A stretch of DNA of 64,000 bases from Thermodesulfobacteriota bacterium (GCA_965198945.1 CBDAQI010000010.1:64001-128000), one strand, 5' to 3'. Positions 50,258 through 60,395 are shown, counted from the first letter of the stretch. Numbers and translations: made by a program. Notes: generated by a model from the sequence alone, not told the origin.

Positions 50258-51616
50258 TTGATCAGTATAAAAGGTGGAAAATTTCTCGTGGTCGGGCTCG
50301 GAAAGACCGGAGTTTCCGTCGCATCCTTTCTCGCCCGCAGGGGCGCGGTCGTTACGGCGACTGACATAAGGCCGCAATCGGAGATTCCGGCCGTGTGTGA
50401 GCTCCGCAGCCTCGGTGTTCAAATTGAGGCGGGAGGTCACTGTGAGAGCAGTTTTAAGCAAACCGGCACCGTTGTTCTGAGTCCCGGAGTTTCGCCGGAC
50501 ACCGGGCCCGTCCGTGCGGCCGCGGTGGCCGGAGTGCCGGTCATGGGAGAAGTTGAACTCTCTTTCAGGCTCTGCAAACTTCCTGTTGTCGCCATTACCG
50601 GCTCAAACGGCAAGACAACCACGACCGGGCTTATTGCGCACATTCTAAAGTCCTGCGGGAAAAGGCCTTTTGTTGGCGGAAACTTCGGTTCGCCTTTTAT
50701 GGAAGCGGTCGGCAAAGAACATCTTTACGATATGGCGCTGCTTGAGGTCAGCAGTTTTCAGTTGAAAACCACTTCGGAATTCAAGCCATCCATAGCGGTC
50801 GCGCTCAACATATCTCCCAACCACCTTGATGTTCATCCCAACTACAGTGATTATTTTGAATCCAAAAAAAAAATATTTGCCAACCAGACCGGCGATGACT
50901 GGGCGGTTGCAAACGGTTCGGATGCCGGGGTGTGTGAAATGGTTGAAACGGCACGCGCAAAGAAGATTTTTTTCAATCCCGCCCCCGGTCAATCAAAAGA
51001 AGGCTGCGTTACGGCCGAAGGCCCGGTGGTTTCTTTTGTGGGAAGGGCCTACGACCTCTCCGGTTCAAAAATGAAGGGAAAACACAACATTGAAAACGCT
51101 ATGGCGGCCATAGCGGTTACGGCGATACTCGGATGCGACCCGGAAAAGACCGTCTCCGCAGCAAGAGATTTCTCCCCTCCGTCTCACAGAATGGAGTTCG
51201 TCTGCGAAATTCTGGGCGCACGGGTTTACGATGATTCAAAAGCGACCAATCCCACGGCAACCGCGGCCGCTCTTGCCGCGCTTTCTCCGCCCGTTGTTTT
51301 GATATCAGGCGGAAAAGACAAACGGACCGGCTATTCCGTTCTGCGCAGTCCCGTGGAAAAAAAGGTCTCCTCGCTTGTGCTTTTCGGTGAGTCGCGCGCC
51401 GCGATGTTTGCGGAGCTTGGAACGGTTGCGAAAACCGTTGTCACAGACTCTCTTGAAGAGGCGGTGCAATCGGCCGTGTCGCAATCCCGTCCGGGCGGCT
51501 CAATACTTTTTTCGCCGGCGTGTTCAAGTTTTGATATGTTTTCCTCTTTTGAGGAAAGAGGCAGGGAGTTTAAAAAAATTGTTAAGAAGTTCAGGCGGCC
51601 GTTCTCCGGGTTTTGA
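50258..51616 (+). CDS. murD: UDP-MurNAc-L-Ala-D-Glu ligase
   Basis: GLGKTG, SPG, ITGSNGKTTT, LEVSSFQL, DDSKATN, GG.DK, SPACSSFD.F..FEERG. Confidence 0.96.
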   Translation: MISIKGGKFLVVGLGKTGVSVASFLARRGAVVTATDIRPQSEIPAVCELRSLGVQIEAGGHCESSFKQTGTVVLSPGVSPDTGPVRAAAVAGVPVMGEVELSFRLCKLPVVAITGSNGKTTTTGLIAHILKSCGKRPFVGGNFGSPFMEAVGKEHLYDMALLEVSSFQLKTTSEFKPSIAVALNISPNHLDVHPNYSDYFESKKKIFANQTGDDWAVANGSDAGVCEMVETARAKKIFFNPAPGQSKEGCVTAEGPVVSFVGRAYDLSGSKMKGKHNIENAMAAIAVTAILGCDPEKTVSAARDFSPPSHRMEFVCEILGARVYDDSKATNPTATAAALAALSPPVVLISGGKDKRTGYSVLRSPVEKKVSSLVLFGESRAAMFAELGTVAKTVVTDSLEEAVQSAVSQSRPGGSILFSPACSSFDMFSSFEERGREFKKIVKKFRRPFSGF

Positions 51617-52697
51617 TTATACGCTTATGTTTGTGGTGGTCGGGCTTTCAATCGCCGGACTGCTCATGGTTTACAGCACAAGCTCAATTTACGCTCTTGA
51701 AGAGCGGGGGGACTCCTGGCGGTTTTTCAAACTTCATGCGGCCTACCTGATTCTCGGTCTTGCCGTTATGGCGGTGATTGCGATGACGGATTACAGGCGA
51801 CTCAAAAAAATCGCCATACCCGCTTATTTTATGGGTCTGGTTTTTCTTATTGCGGTTCTGTTTGAAAGTGTGGGCAGAGAGGTTTTCGGAGCACGAAGAT
51901 GGATATCGCTCGGCGGCTTTAATTTTCAGCCCTCGGAGTTTGCCAAGTTTATATTCTTCCTTTATATGGCGGACGCTCTGTCGCGCAAAAGCGGCATGAT
52001 GTCAAATTTCACCAGAGGAGTTATCCCTCCTCTGCTGCTCGGCGGCGTTTACGCCACTTTGATACTTGCGGAGCCGGACTTCGGAACGGCGTTCATAATC
52101 CTCACCGTTATGGGAGTTATGCTTTTTCTCGGCGGCGCAAGAATACTCCATATGCTTGGTCTTGTCGGCGGCGTGTTGTGCTTCGTGGTTTTTTCGGTCT
52201 GGATTGAGCCTTACAGAAAAACAAGGCTTCTGTCTTTTCTTGACCCCTGGGCAAACTACTTTGATTCCGGTTATCAGGCGGTTCAGTCAATGATGGCGTT
52301 CAGCCTCGGCGGACTGTTCGGACAGGGGCTCGGAGCAAGCAATCAGAAACTGTTTTTTCTTCCCCAGGCGCATACGGATTTTATTCTCTCCATAATAGGT
52401 GAGGAGCTCGGGTTTGCAGGCGTCATGCTTATTATCGCCGCTTTTGTGGTGTTTCTGTTCAGAAGCGTGAAAATCGCCGTTACCGCTCCCGACGGTTTCG
52501 GGTCCAACCTTGTTATGAGCTACGCGCTTCTGATAGTTTTTCAGGCGGTGCTGAACATGGGGGTGGCCATGTCTCTTCTTCCCACAAAGGGGCTGACTCT
52601 GCCGTTTGTCAGTTACGGGGGCACTTCCCTTCTTGTGAGTCTCGGCGCGGTCGGCGTCATACTTTCCGTGTCAAGGGCGCGGTCCCACCCGAAATGA
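51579..52697 (+). CDS. ftsW: SEDS peptidoglycan polymerase FtsW
   Basis: GARRW, QPSEFAK, EPDFGT, GYQ..QS, LP.AHTDFI..IIGEE.G, G.TLPFVSYGG.S. Start taken as TTG 51579 after SD GGGAG. Confidence 0.95.
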   Translation: MLRSSGGRSPGFDYTLMFVVVGLSIAGLLMVYSTSSIYALEERGDSWRFFKLHAAYLILGLAVMAVIAMTDYRRLKKIAIPAYFMGLVFLIAVLFESVGREVFGARRWISLGGFNFQPSEFAKFIFFLYMADALSRKSGMMSNFTRGVIPPLLLGGVYATLILAEPDFGTAFIILTVMGVMLFLGGARILHMLGLVGGVLCFVVFSVWIEPYRKTRLLSFLDPWANYFDSGYQAVQSMMAFSLGGLFGQGLGASNQKLFFLPQAHTDFILSIIGEELGFAGVMLIIAAFVVFLFRSVKIAVTAPDGFGSNLVMSYALLIVFQAVLNMGVAMSLLPTKGLTLPFVSYGGTSLLVSLGAVGVILSVSRARSHPK

Positions 52698-53803
52698 AAG
52701 TCCTCATCTCAGGCGGCGGCACGGGCGGCCATGTTTTTCCCTCTCTGGCAATTGCCGATGAAATCAAGAAAAGAGATTGTTCAAATGAAGTTCTTTTTAT
52801 AGGAACTCTAAAGGGTCTTGAGAGCCGCATAGTGCCTTCCCGGGGTTACCGTTTTGAGGCGGTCGGCGGCGCCCCGGTTTCCGGCGGCGGTGTCACAAAA
52901 GCGGTTTCAGGAGCATTTTCCACACTTTCCGGCGTCGTCAAATCGTTTTTTATTCTGAAAAAATTCCGTCCGGATGTGGCGGTGGGCATGGGAGGGTATG
53001 CGTCTTTTCCGGCGATTGCGGCCGCACGCGCTCTGGGAGTTCCGGTCGCCATTTGCGAACAGAACAGCGTTTCAGGTCTTGCAAACAGGGTTCTCGGCAG
53101 AATTGCGCGCAGAGTTTTTCTGTCTTTTTCGCCCCCGCGGGGGCTTTCCGCCGCGCCTTTCGCCCCCGGTAAAGTCCGGGTTGTCGGCAACCCCGTCCGT
53201 CCGGCAATGGTTGCGGCCGCGCGCGCCCGCAAGCCGGGGTGTTTTCCGCAGTCCGCAGTCCGCACGATTTTTGTTCTGGGAGGAAGCCTGGGAGCCCGCG
53301 CCCTGAACCGTTTTATTCCCGACGGGATTGCGGAATTCAAAAGACAAACAGGGCGAGATGTCCGTGTTATACACCAGACGGGTTCGCACGGAGCCCGTGA
53401 GGTCGCCGCCGCTTATAAATCAGCGGGTGTGGGAGCTCAGGTGTTTGATTTCAACCCTGAAATAGCTGACTTGTATGCCGTTTCGGATTTGGTAATATCA
53501 AGGGCCGGAGCCGGGGCGGTTGCGGAAATTGCGCTTTTTTCCAGACCGTCAATTCTTGTTCCCTATCCGTTTGCCGCAGACGGGCATCAGAGCGCAAATG
53601 CCGCGATGATGGGGGAGGCCGGAGCCGCGGCCGTTATTGAGGAGAAAAATTTATCTCAAAAAACGGTTGCCGAAACTCTGGAAAGGTTGCTTAACTGGGA
53701 TACGCTCAGAACAATGTCGCGCGCGGCGGCGAAAATCGCCGCCGCGAATGCGGCGGCGAGGATAGTGGACGAGATGGAAATTATCGCCTCTGAAAGTAAG
53801 TAG
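52694..53803 (+). CDS. murG: lipid I N-acetylglucosaminyltransferase
   Basis: GGGTGGH.FP, GGY.S.P, EQN..GLANR, GNPVR, GGSLGA, SRAGA, HQ..NA. Confidence 0.96.
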   Translation: MKVLISGGGTGGHVFPSLAIADEIKKRDCSNEVLFIGTLKGLESRIVPSRGYRFEAVGGAPVSGGGVTKAVSGAFSTLSGVVKSFFILKKFRPDVAVGMGGYASFPAIAAARALGVPVAICEQNSVSGLANRVLGRIARRVFLSFSPPRGLSAAPFAPGKVRVVGNPVRPAMVAAARARKPGCFPQSAVRTIFVLGGSLGARALNRFIPDGIAEFKRQTGRDVRVIHQTGSHGAREVAAAYKSAGVGAQVFDFNPEIADLYAVSDLVISRAGAGAVAEIALFSRPSILVPYPFAADGHQSANAAMMGEAGAAAVIEEKNLSQKTVAETLERLLNWDTLRTMSRAAAKIAAANAAARIVDEMEIIASESK

Positions 53804-53805
53804 CC

Positions 53806-55176
53806 ATGCACGGTAAATTCAAAAAGATACATATGGTTGGAATTGCGGGTTCCGGAATGAGGGGTCTTGCCGAGGTTCTTATCAGCATGGGATACGAAGT
53901 TTCCGGCTCCGATGAGGGCGGAGCTTCTTCGGGCCTTGCCTCGCTTGAGAGCGCGGGAGCAAAAGTCAGCGGGCGGCACAGGGAGGAAAATGTCGGCGCC
54001 TCGGACGTTGTTGTTGTTTCCTCGGCAATACCCGAATCAAATCCCGAACTTGTCGCGGCAAAGGCTCTGGGTATCCCCGTCGCCAGGAGGGCGGAAATGC
54101 TTGCCGAGCTTATGAGAATGAAGTTCGGGGTCTCGGTAATGGGCAGCCACGGAAAGACCATGACAACATCCATGATAGCTTCCGTTCTCACCGCGGGCGG
54201 TCTTGATCCCACGGTTGTGGTCGGCGGCAGGGTAGCCGCTCTGGGAAGCAGCGGCTGGCACGGCGGCGGTGACATAATGGTTGCCGAGGCGGACGAAAGC
54301 GACGGTTCGTTCAGCATGCTTTCTCCGGCAATTTCTGTTCTCACCAATGTTGATTGTGAGCACCTGGACTACTACGGCACGGTGGAAAACCTGCGTGAAA
54401 GGTTTATGGAATTTATTGAAAGAACGCCTTTCTACGGACTCTCAGTGCTGTGTCTTGACTGTCCTCATATCCGGATGATGGCAAAGCGGGTTTCCAAAAG
54501 AGCCGTAACTTACGGTGAAAATCCCGATGCGGACTTCCGGATGAAAAATTTTCAAACACGGGGTTTCGGCGCGGAGTTTGATGTTTTTTCGGGCAAAAAG
54601 AAACTCGGCCGCGCCGCGCTTGCGGTTCCGGGAAGGCATAACGCGGTCAACTCTCTGGCGGCGGTCGCCGTCGGTATGGAGATGGGGATGAGTTTTGATT
54701 CCGTGAGACTCGGCCTCTGTGATTTCGGCGGCATTGAAAGGCGAATGCAGCTGAGAGATGAGGTCGGGGGAATAAAATTTATTGATGATTACGGGCATCA
54801 TCCCGAAGAAATAAAGGTTACGGTGGATTCCGTCAAAGAGGCGTTTTCATCGCAGCCCGTTGTGGTTTTCCAGCCGCACAGATTCACGCGCACGCATCTT
54901 CTTTTTGACGGCTTTGTTGAGGTGCTCAGCAAGCTCTCAAAACTGTATGTTCTTGATGTTTACTCCGCCGGTGAACAGCCCATAGAAGGCGCGACTTCGG
55001 AGGAAATTGTAAAAAGGGTGAGGGCCGCCGGGGGTTCGGGGGCGGTTTACGCCCCGTGTGAAAAGGATCTGGTAAGACGCCTCAAGGCGGATTTGACCGA
55101 AGGGGACGTGGTTCTCACCCTCGGCGCCGGCAATGTCTGGCGGTGCGCACAGGCTCTCGCCGATGAATTAAGATGA
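53806..55176 (+). CDS. murC: UDP-MurNAc-L-Ala ligase
   Basis: GI.GSGM, RAEMLAE, G.HGKT.TT, EADESDGSF, DDYGHHP.E, FQPHRFTRT. Confidence 0.96.
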   Translation: MHGKFKKIHMVGIAGSGMRGLAEVLISMGYEVSGSDEGGASSGLASLESAGAKVSGRHREENVGASDVVVVSSAIPESNPELVAAKALGIPVARRAEMLAELMRMKFGVSVMGSHGKTMTTSMIASVLTAGGLDPTVVVGGRVAALGSSGWHGGGDIMVAEADESDGSFSMLSPAISVLTNVDCEHLDYYGTVENLRERFMEFIERTPFYGLSVLCLDCPHIRMMAKRVSKRAVTYGENPDADFRMKNFQTRGFGAEFDVFSGKKKLGRAALAVPGRHNAVNSLAAVAVGMEMGMSFDSVRLGLCDFGGIERRMQLRDEVGGIKFIDDYGHHPEEIKVTVDSVKEAFSSQPVVVFQPHRFTRTHLLFDGFVEVLSKLSKLYVLDVYSAGEQPIEGATSEEIVKRVRAAGGSGAVYAPCEKDLVRRLKADLTEGDVVLTLGAGNVWRCAQALADELR

Positions 55177-56057
55177 CCGGTTTAATAAAAGCGTTGAAAA
55201 ATCTGGGCTGTGAAACCAGTGAAGACTTTCCGATGTCTTCCTACACCACGATGAGGGTCGGAGGCAGAGCGCGCCTGATGGCATTTCCTCAAAACCGCTC
55301 CGCCCTTTCGGGAGCTCTCAACATGCTGTTTTTGGAAAAAATTCCCTTTACGGTTCTCGGCGCGGGTTCCAACACAATAGTGAAAGACAACTGCGCGGAA
55401 AAAGTGATTGTGAGCACACGGCGCCTTAAAGATTTTAAGATTGAACGCGAGACGGTTTGTGCCGAATGCGGCGCGCCGCTTTCCGCGGTAATGAACACGA
55501 CCGTGAAAGCGGCTCTTTCCGGGCTTGAATTTGCGGCGGGAATTCCGGGCACCGTAGGCGGCGCGGTCTTTATGAATTCGGGGGCAAACGGCGGAGAGAC
55601 CGCAGAAGTGATTGAAAGCGTCCGGATATGGCAGGACGGCGCGGAGCGGAACATTACGGCGGACGAAATCAGCCCCGCCTACAGGCACGGAGGGCTTCCG
55701 CCCGGCTCGGTTTTGCTGAGTGCGCGGCTGCGGCTTTATCCCGGAAATTCACTGCAAAGCCGCGCCATCGTCAGAGAGAGTCTTGAGCGTAGAAAAATGT
55801 CTCAGCCCGTGAGTCGGTTCAGCACGGGTTCAATTTTCAAAAATCCCCCCGACATCCCCGCCGGACGGCTTCTTGAAGATCTGGGCATGAAACTTGTTTC
55901 CGTGGGAGCCGCCGAGTTTTCAGGGGTTCACGCAAATTTTATCGTTAATAGAGGCGGCGCGAAGGCGTCCGATGTTCTCAGTCTCATAAGTATTGCCAGA
56001 GACAGGGCTCTTGCGGAAAAGGGAATAAATCTTGAGACAGAGGTCTGTGTAATCTGA
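55173..56057 (+). CDS. murB: UDP-N-acetylenolpyruvoylglucosamine reductase
   Basis: T.RVGG.A, LG.GSN, GLEF..GIPGTVGGA..MN.GA, GS.FKNP, HANFIVN.G.A. Confidence 0.95.
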   Translation: MTGLIKALKNLGCETSEDFPMSSYTTMRVGGRARLMAFPQNRSALSGALNMLFLEKIPFTVLGAGSNTIVKDNCAEKVIVSTRRLKDFKIERETVCAECGAPLSAVMNTTVKAALSGLEFAAGIPGTVGGAVFMNSGANGGETAEVIESVRIWQDGAERNITADEISPAYRHGGLPPGSVLLSARLRLYPGNSLQSRAIVRESLERRKMSQPVSRFSTGSIFKNPPDIPAGRLLEDLGMKLVSVGAAEFSGVHANFIVNRGGAKASDVLSLISIARDRALAEKGINLETEVCVI

Positions 56058-56773
56058 GGGGCAAAAGAAAAATTTTTCTTCTGACCGGGCGGGCGGTTAA
56101 AACGGTTTGCGCCCTGGCGCTTTGCGGGGCTGCGCTTTTTTTCGCGCACGGGGCGCTTTTTATTGACAGGGTTTCAATTGAGGGCGCGGTTGCGGTTTCC
56201 GGGGAAAGCATTTTAAGAAGAACCGGTATGCTTTCAGTTTCCAAAAAAGAGGTTTTTCTTTTTCCCGGAGCCGTGAGCGGGTCTCTTGAAAAAGACCCCT
56301 GGATAAGTGAAGTCTCAGTGGAAAGGGATTTCAAGGGCGGAGTTTCAATAAAAATTGATGAGAAAAAACCTTTCTGTCTTTTTGCAAAGCGGAACGGAAA
56401 ATTTTTTTATGTTAATGATTCGGGAGAAATTCTCGGGCCCGCGCCGGTTGCGCCTTACGGAATGAATTTTCCGGTTTTGAGCGCGTCGCCGGGGTTTGTC
56501 CGCGAGGGTGTGCTTGCGCTTAATTCCTCACGCTCCGCGCTTTCCGCTCCGGGCTGGGAGGATATATCCGAAATAGTTGTCCGTGACGGGGAGGGTTTTG
56601 AGATTTTTACGCGCACGGGTGAAAAAATAGAGTTGGGGGCGGAGCTGGAGGCGCAGTGGGAGAAACTTGAAAGAATAATGCGCGCCCTCAGTGCGAGAGG
56701 TCTTGAGGCAAAGTATATTAATCTGCGCAAAGACGGTGTCGGAATAATCAATTTGAGGAAAACTGGCGGGTGA
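56054..56773 (+). CDS. ftsQ: cell division protein FtsQ/DivIB, probable CTG start
   Basis: The frame of ORF 56228 is open upstream and encodes a basic N-tail, a TM and POTRA (I..V.I.G, L...PWI..V.V.R). CTGA overlaps the murB stop; position before ftsA. Confidence 0.8.
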   Translation: MRGKRKIFLLTGRAVKTVCALALCGAALFFAHGALFIDRVSIEGAVAVSGESILRRTGMLSVSKKEVFLFPGAVSGSLEKDPWISEVSVERDFKGGVSIKIDEKKPFCLFAKRNGKFFYVNDSGEILGPAPVAPYGMNFPVLSASPGFVREGVLALNSSRSALSAPGWEDISEIVVRDGEGFEIFTRTGEKIELGAELEAQWEKLERIMRALSARGLEAKYINLRKDGVGIINLRKTGG

Positions 56774-57999
56774 GCAGCGGAAAATCGGAGACCCTTGTCG
56801 GGCTTGATCTGGGGACAACCAAAATTTGCGCGATTGTCGCGCAGGTAAACGGAGACGGTATAAATATAGTGGGTGTCGGAACCCATCCTTCAACGGGTCT
56901 CCGCAGGGGAATTGTGGTTGATATGGAGGAAACCACGGACTGTATCGTTTCCGCCGTGGAAAAAGCGGAAAAGATGTCGGGTGTGGAGATAAGATCTGTT
57001 TTTGTCGGAATCGCGGGCGGACATGTCAACAGCCAGAATGCCCATGCCGTTGTAAATCTGGCCGAAGGCAGGGTTGCCGATGAAGACATCAAGCGCCTTG
57101 CCGAGTCTTCCAGAGCGAGAATACCCGCCGACAGAGAGTTGATTCACGTTGTTCCGGGCAGATATTCAATAGACGGTCAGGAGCCTGTGGCCAATCCGCT
57201 TGGTATGCACGGCGGCAGGATGGAAACTGATTTTCATATAGTCACCGGGCAGGTGACGGAAACAAACAACCTTGTCAAATGTGTGCGCGAAGCGGGAATG
57301 GATGTGAACGGCATCGTTCTTGAACAGATTGCCTCAAGCGCCGCTGTTCTGGGTGAGGCGGAAAAGGATTTGGGCGTTGTGCTTGTTGATTGCGGCGGCG
57401 GAACAACCGACATTGCGGTTTTCAGCAACGGCTCTCTCAATTACACTCAGAATATAACACTCGGAGGAGACCATATTGACAGAGATATCTCTCATCGCTT
57501 CAGTTCCGTCACCGATCTTGAGTCGCGCAGAATAAAAGAGTCTTACGGAGTCGCAACAACCGATTTGGCTTCGGATGACAAGAATATAGAAATTCATTGC
57601 TCGGACAATACCAAACAGTTTGTTTCTCAGTGTGAAGTAGCCGAAATCATAGAGCCGAGGATGGTGGAAATACTAACTTTGGCGCGGGATGAGATTCCCG
57701 ACACGGTGCGGGTCTGCAACCCGACCTCCAAGGTTATACTGACCGGCGGAAGCCTTATTATGAAGGGAGCCGTTGAACTGGCGTCTGAGATTTTTGACAT
57801 GCCGGCCCGGCTCGGGGTTCCGGTCGGGATTGACAGCAACAGCGATATGGTCTTCAGTCCCGCATACTCAACGGGTGTGGGATTGATACATTACGGAATA
57901 AAATATCATGGAAATTCTGATAAGATAAGGGTAAGAGGGGATAAAACATTCAACAAAATACGCAGATGGATGGAACAATGGTTCAACGAACATCTTTAG
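56770..57999 (+). CDS. ftsA: cell division protein FtsA
   Basis: GLDLGTTKI, S.GLRRG.VVD, D.GGGTTD, GG..ID.DI, LTGG, C-terminal amphipathic helix. Confidence 0.96.
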   Translation: MSSGKSETLVGLDLGTTKICAIVAQVNGDGINIVGVGTHPSTGLRRGIVVDMEETTDCIVSAVEKAEKMSGVEIRSVFVGIAGGHVNSQNAHAVVNLAEGRVADEDIKRLAESSRARIPADRELIHVVPGRYSIDGQEPVANPLGMHGGRMETDFHIVTGQVTETNNLVKCVREAGMDVNGIVLEQIASSAAVLGEAEKDLGVVLVDCGGGTTDIAVFSNGSLNYTQNITLGGDHIDRDISHRFSSVTDLESRRIKESYGVATTDLASDDKNIEIHCSDNTKQFVSQCEVAEIIEPRMVEILTLARDEIPDTVRVCNPTSKVILTGGSLIMKGAVELASEIFDMPARLGVPVGIDSNSDMVFSPAYSTGVGLIHYGIKYHGNSDKIRVRGDKTFNKIRRWMEQWFNEHL

Positions 58000-58029
58000 T
58001 CACAGCCCCTTCAAATCCGGAGCCGAAAC

Positions 58030-59241
58030 ATGCCGACTTTCACAATTATTCCGCCTGACGCGTACTTAAAAGCCAAAATAAAAATTGTCGGCGTGGGCGG
58101 CGGCGGATGCAACGCGCTGGATTCCATGGCGGACAAAGGTTTGCAGGGTGTTGACTTTGTAGCCATCAACACGGATTCACAGCACCTTAAGAAATCAAAG
58201 GCATATGTAAAACTGCAGGTGGGCAGCCGCTCAACCCGGGGGCTCGGCGCGGGCGGCATTCCGGGGGTCGGTGAGGACGCCGCGCTGGAAGACAAGGCGA
58301 GAATAGCCGAAGCTCTTGACGGTTCGGACATGGTTTTTATCACTGCGGGACTGGGCGGCGGCACCGGCACTGGCGCGTCCCCGGTGGTTTCCAAAGTGTC
58401 AAGAGAGGTTGGCGCCCTGACGGTGGGAATAGTCACAATGCCCTTCAGTTTTGAGGGCGCATGGAAAACAAGGCAGGCCGGTGAAGGGCTTGTCAAACTT
58501 GAACGCGAGGTTGACACCCTCATAGTGGTTCCCAATGATAAGCTGTGTGACGGCGAAGCTCCCGCGCCGCTTTCTGAAGCGTTTGACAGCGCAAACGATG
58601 TTCTGTTTCGAGCCGTCAGCGGAATAACGGAGATTATAAACACACCGGGACTGATCAACACGGATTTTGCCGATGTCAGAACGATAATGAGCCAGGACGG
58701 CTCCAAGGCAATAATGGGAACGGGTTCCGCCGGGGGCTCGGACAGGGCGGTAAAAGCGGCCGAATCCGCGGTTGAAAGTCCGCTTCTCGGGGAACTTTCC
58801 ATTGAGGGCTGCAGGGGGGTTTTGCTTCACATAGTCGCTCCGCCGGATTTCGGCACGGACGAGCTTAAAAAAGCGTGCGATTACATAACGCAGAAAGCCA
58901 GTAATGACCTGAACTTTATATTCGGCTGGACAAAAGACGACAGTATAGGAGATCAGGTCAGAGTTACAATAATCGCCACCGGAGCACAAGAACCCTCACC
59001 TGATAATTCCAAGCCCGCCCCGCCCGAACAAGCCAACGGCTCCGCCGAGGGCGACCTTTTCAAGGAAAAGGAAGAAAAGAAAACCGAAAAAGTTCCCGAC
59101 CTGGAAACTCCCGCCTATCTTCGCAACAGCAAAAACGATAAGAATGGTACAAATGACAAAGACGATGAAGATAAAAGCGATAAGGATAAAAATGATGACA
59201 AAAAAGGCGGCATCAAGGGCATATTCCGCCGCAGAGACTGA
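58030..59241 (+). CDS. ftsZ: cell division GTPase FtsZ
   Basis: GVGGGG.NA, NTD.Q.L, GLGAG, GLGGGTGTG, PF.FEG, N.DFADV, core peptide DLETPAYLR. Confidence 0.98.
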   Translation: MPTFTIIPPDAYLKAKIKIVGVGGGGCNALDSMADKGLQGVDFVAINTDSQHLKKSKAYVKLQVGSRSTRGLGAGGIPGVGEDAALEDKARIAEALDGSDMVFITAGLGGGTGTGASPVVSKVSREVGALTVGIVTMPFSFEGAWKTRQAGEGLVKLEREVDTLIVVPNDKLCDGEAPAPLSEAFDSANDVLFRAVSGITEIINTPGLINTDFADVRTIMSQDGSKAIMGTGSAGGSDRAVKAAESAVESPLLGELSIEGCRGVLLHIVAPPDFGTDELKKACDYITQKASNDLNFIFGWTKDDSIGDQVRVTIIATGAQEPSPDNSKPAPPEQANGSAEGDLFKEKEEKKTEKVPDLETPAYLRNSKNDKNGTNDKDDEDKSDKDKNDDKKGGIKGIFRRRD

Positions 59242-59274
59242 TATGGCGGCCTGACCGCTTGTTCAATTCCGGTT

Positions 59275-59303
59275 TTCACATCCTTTGCAATACCGTATAA
59301 AAT
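59275..59303 (+). promoter_or_regulatory. putative tRNA promoter
   Basis: TTCACA-17 nt-TAAAAT. Confidence 0.4.
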
Positions 59304-59321
59304 ACCGCTTCTGTTTGCGAG

Positions 59322-59398
59322 GGCCCCTTCGTCTAGACGGCCCAGGACGCCACCCTCTCAAGGTGGAAACACGGGTTCGAATCCCGTAGGGGCTGCCA
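59322..59398 (+). tRNA. tRNA-Glu (anticodon CTC)
   Basis: Acceptor GGCCCCT/AGGGGCT, anticodon arm CCACC-ctCTCaa-GGTGG, T arm ACGGG-TTCGAAT-CCCGT, encoded CCA. Confidence 0.97.
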
Positions 59399-59407
59399 AA
59401 CCCGAAA

Positions 59408-60361
59408 ATGGGCTTTACATCCGACTCCGCTCAGCTTGTTTCTCTTTGCCTGATAATCGGCTGTGTTGCGGATTTTCTTTTTTCAGATCCCCGCATTCCT
59501 CCCAATCCCGTCCGTTTTTTCGGCGCCGTTATTTCACGCGCGGAGAAATTTCTCAACCGTGGAGGCGCAAGAGCTGCCAAAGGCGGGATTTTCGCGGTTG
59601 CTTTTGCCACGGGTGTTTTCTGGTTTTTCACGCAGTTTCAAAACGCGGCTCTTTCCGCGGGTGTTTTTGCATATATTGTGTTTGCGTCATTGTTCGTTTT
59701 TTTCGGTCTTGCCGGCTCAGGTCTCATAGCGGAGTGCGCGGCGGTTTTTTCAGCGGTTGAAAAAGGTGATATTTCCCTCTCGCGCCTCCGGCTTTCCATG
59801 ATTGTCGGGCGCGACACGGACACACTTTGTGCCGCACGGATTAAGACCGCGACCCTTGAAACCATGTCTGAGAATCTTTCTGACGGTGTTGTGGCTCCGA
59901 TTTTTTTCTATCTGCTGGGAGGAGTTCCGGCTATGATGGCATACAAGGCGGTTAACACCCTGGACTCAATGATAGGGCATAAAAACAGCCGCTACGGGGA
60001 GTTTGGAAAAGTCGCCGCAAGAATTGATGATGCGGCAAACTTTATTCCCGCCCGCCTGACGGCTTTTGCGATGGCGCTTTGCGCATTGAGCCGCCGTTCC
60101 TTTGTTTTTCTGTTCAGGTTTGGACGGAGCCACCCCAGCCCCAATGCGGGTTTCCCGCAGGCCGCGCTTGCGGGAATTCTGGATTGCCGTTTTGGCGGAG
60201 TCTCATCATATGGCGGACAAACTGTTCGCAAACCGTTTATCGGGGAGAACCCGAGGGAAATAACCCCCCGTGATTTTGCGGCGGCGCGGCGGATAAACAA
60301 TGTTATCATGGTTGTTTCAGTGGTCGCGGCTTCTCTTTTGAAAGCGGTGTTTTGGAATTGA
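59408..60361 (+). CDS. cbiB: adenosylcobinamide-phosphate synthase (CbiB/CobD)
   Basis: DP...P.PV, IVGRDT, E...ENLSDGVVAP.F, YKAVNTLDSMIG, AR.DD.ANF.PARL, SPNAG.P.AA.AG. Confidence 0.95.
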   Translation: MGFTSDSAQLVSLCLIIGCVADFLFSDPRIPPNPVRFFGAVISRAEKFLNRGGARAAKGGIFAVAFATGVFWFFTQFQNAALSAGVFAYIVFASLFVFFGLAGSGLIAECAAVFSAVEKGDISLSRLRLSMIVGRDTDTLCAARIKTATLETMSENLSDGVVAPIFFYLLGGVPAMMAYKAVNTLDSMIGHKNSRYGEFGKVAARIDDAANFIPARLTAFAMALCALSRRSFVFLFRFGRSHPSPNAGFPQAALAGILDCRFGGVSSYGGQTVRKPFIGENPREITPRDFAAARRINNVIMVVSVVAASLLKAVFWN

Positions 60362-60395
60362 AAGCCCCAATCAAGTATCTTCTGCTGAGGAAATT

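Noticed and set aside
59322..59398. tRNA as the att site of an active mobile element
   Set aside because: No integrase and no duplicated tRNA 3' end were noticed in the window.
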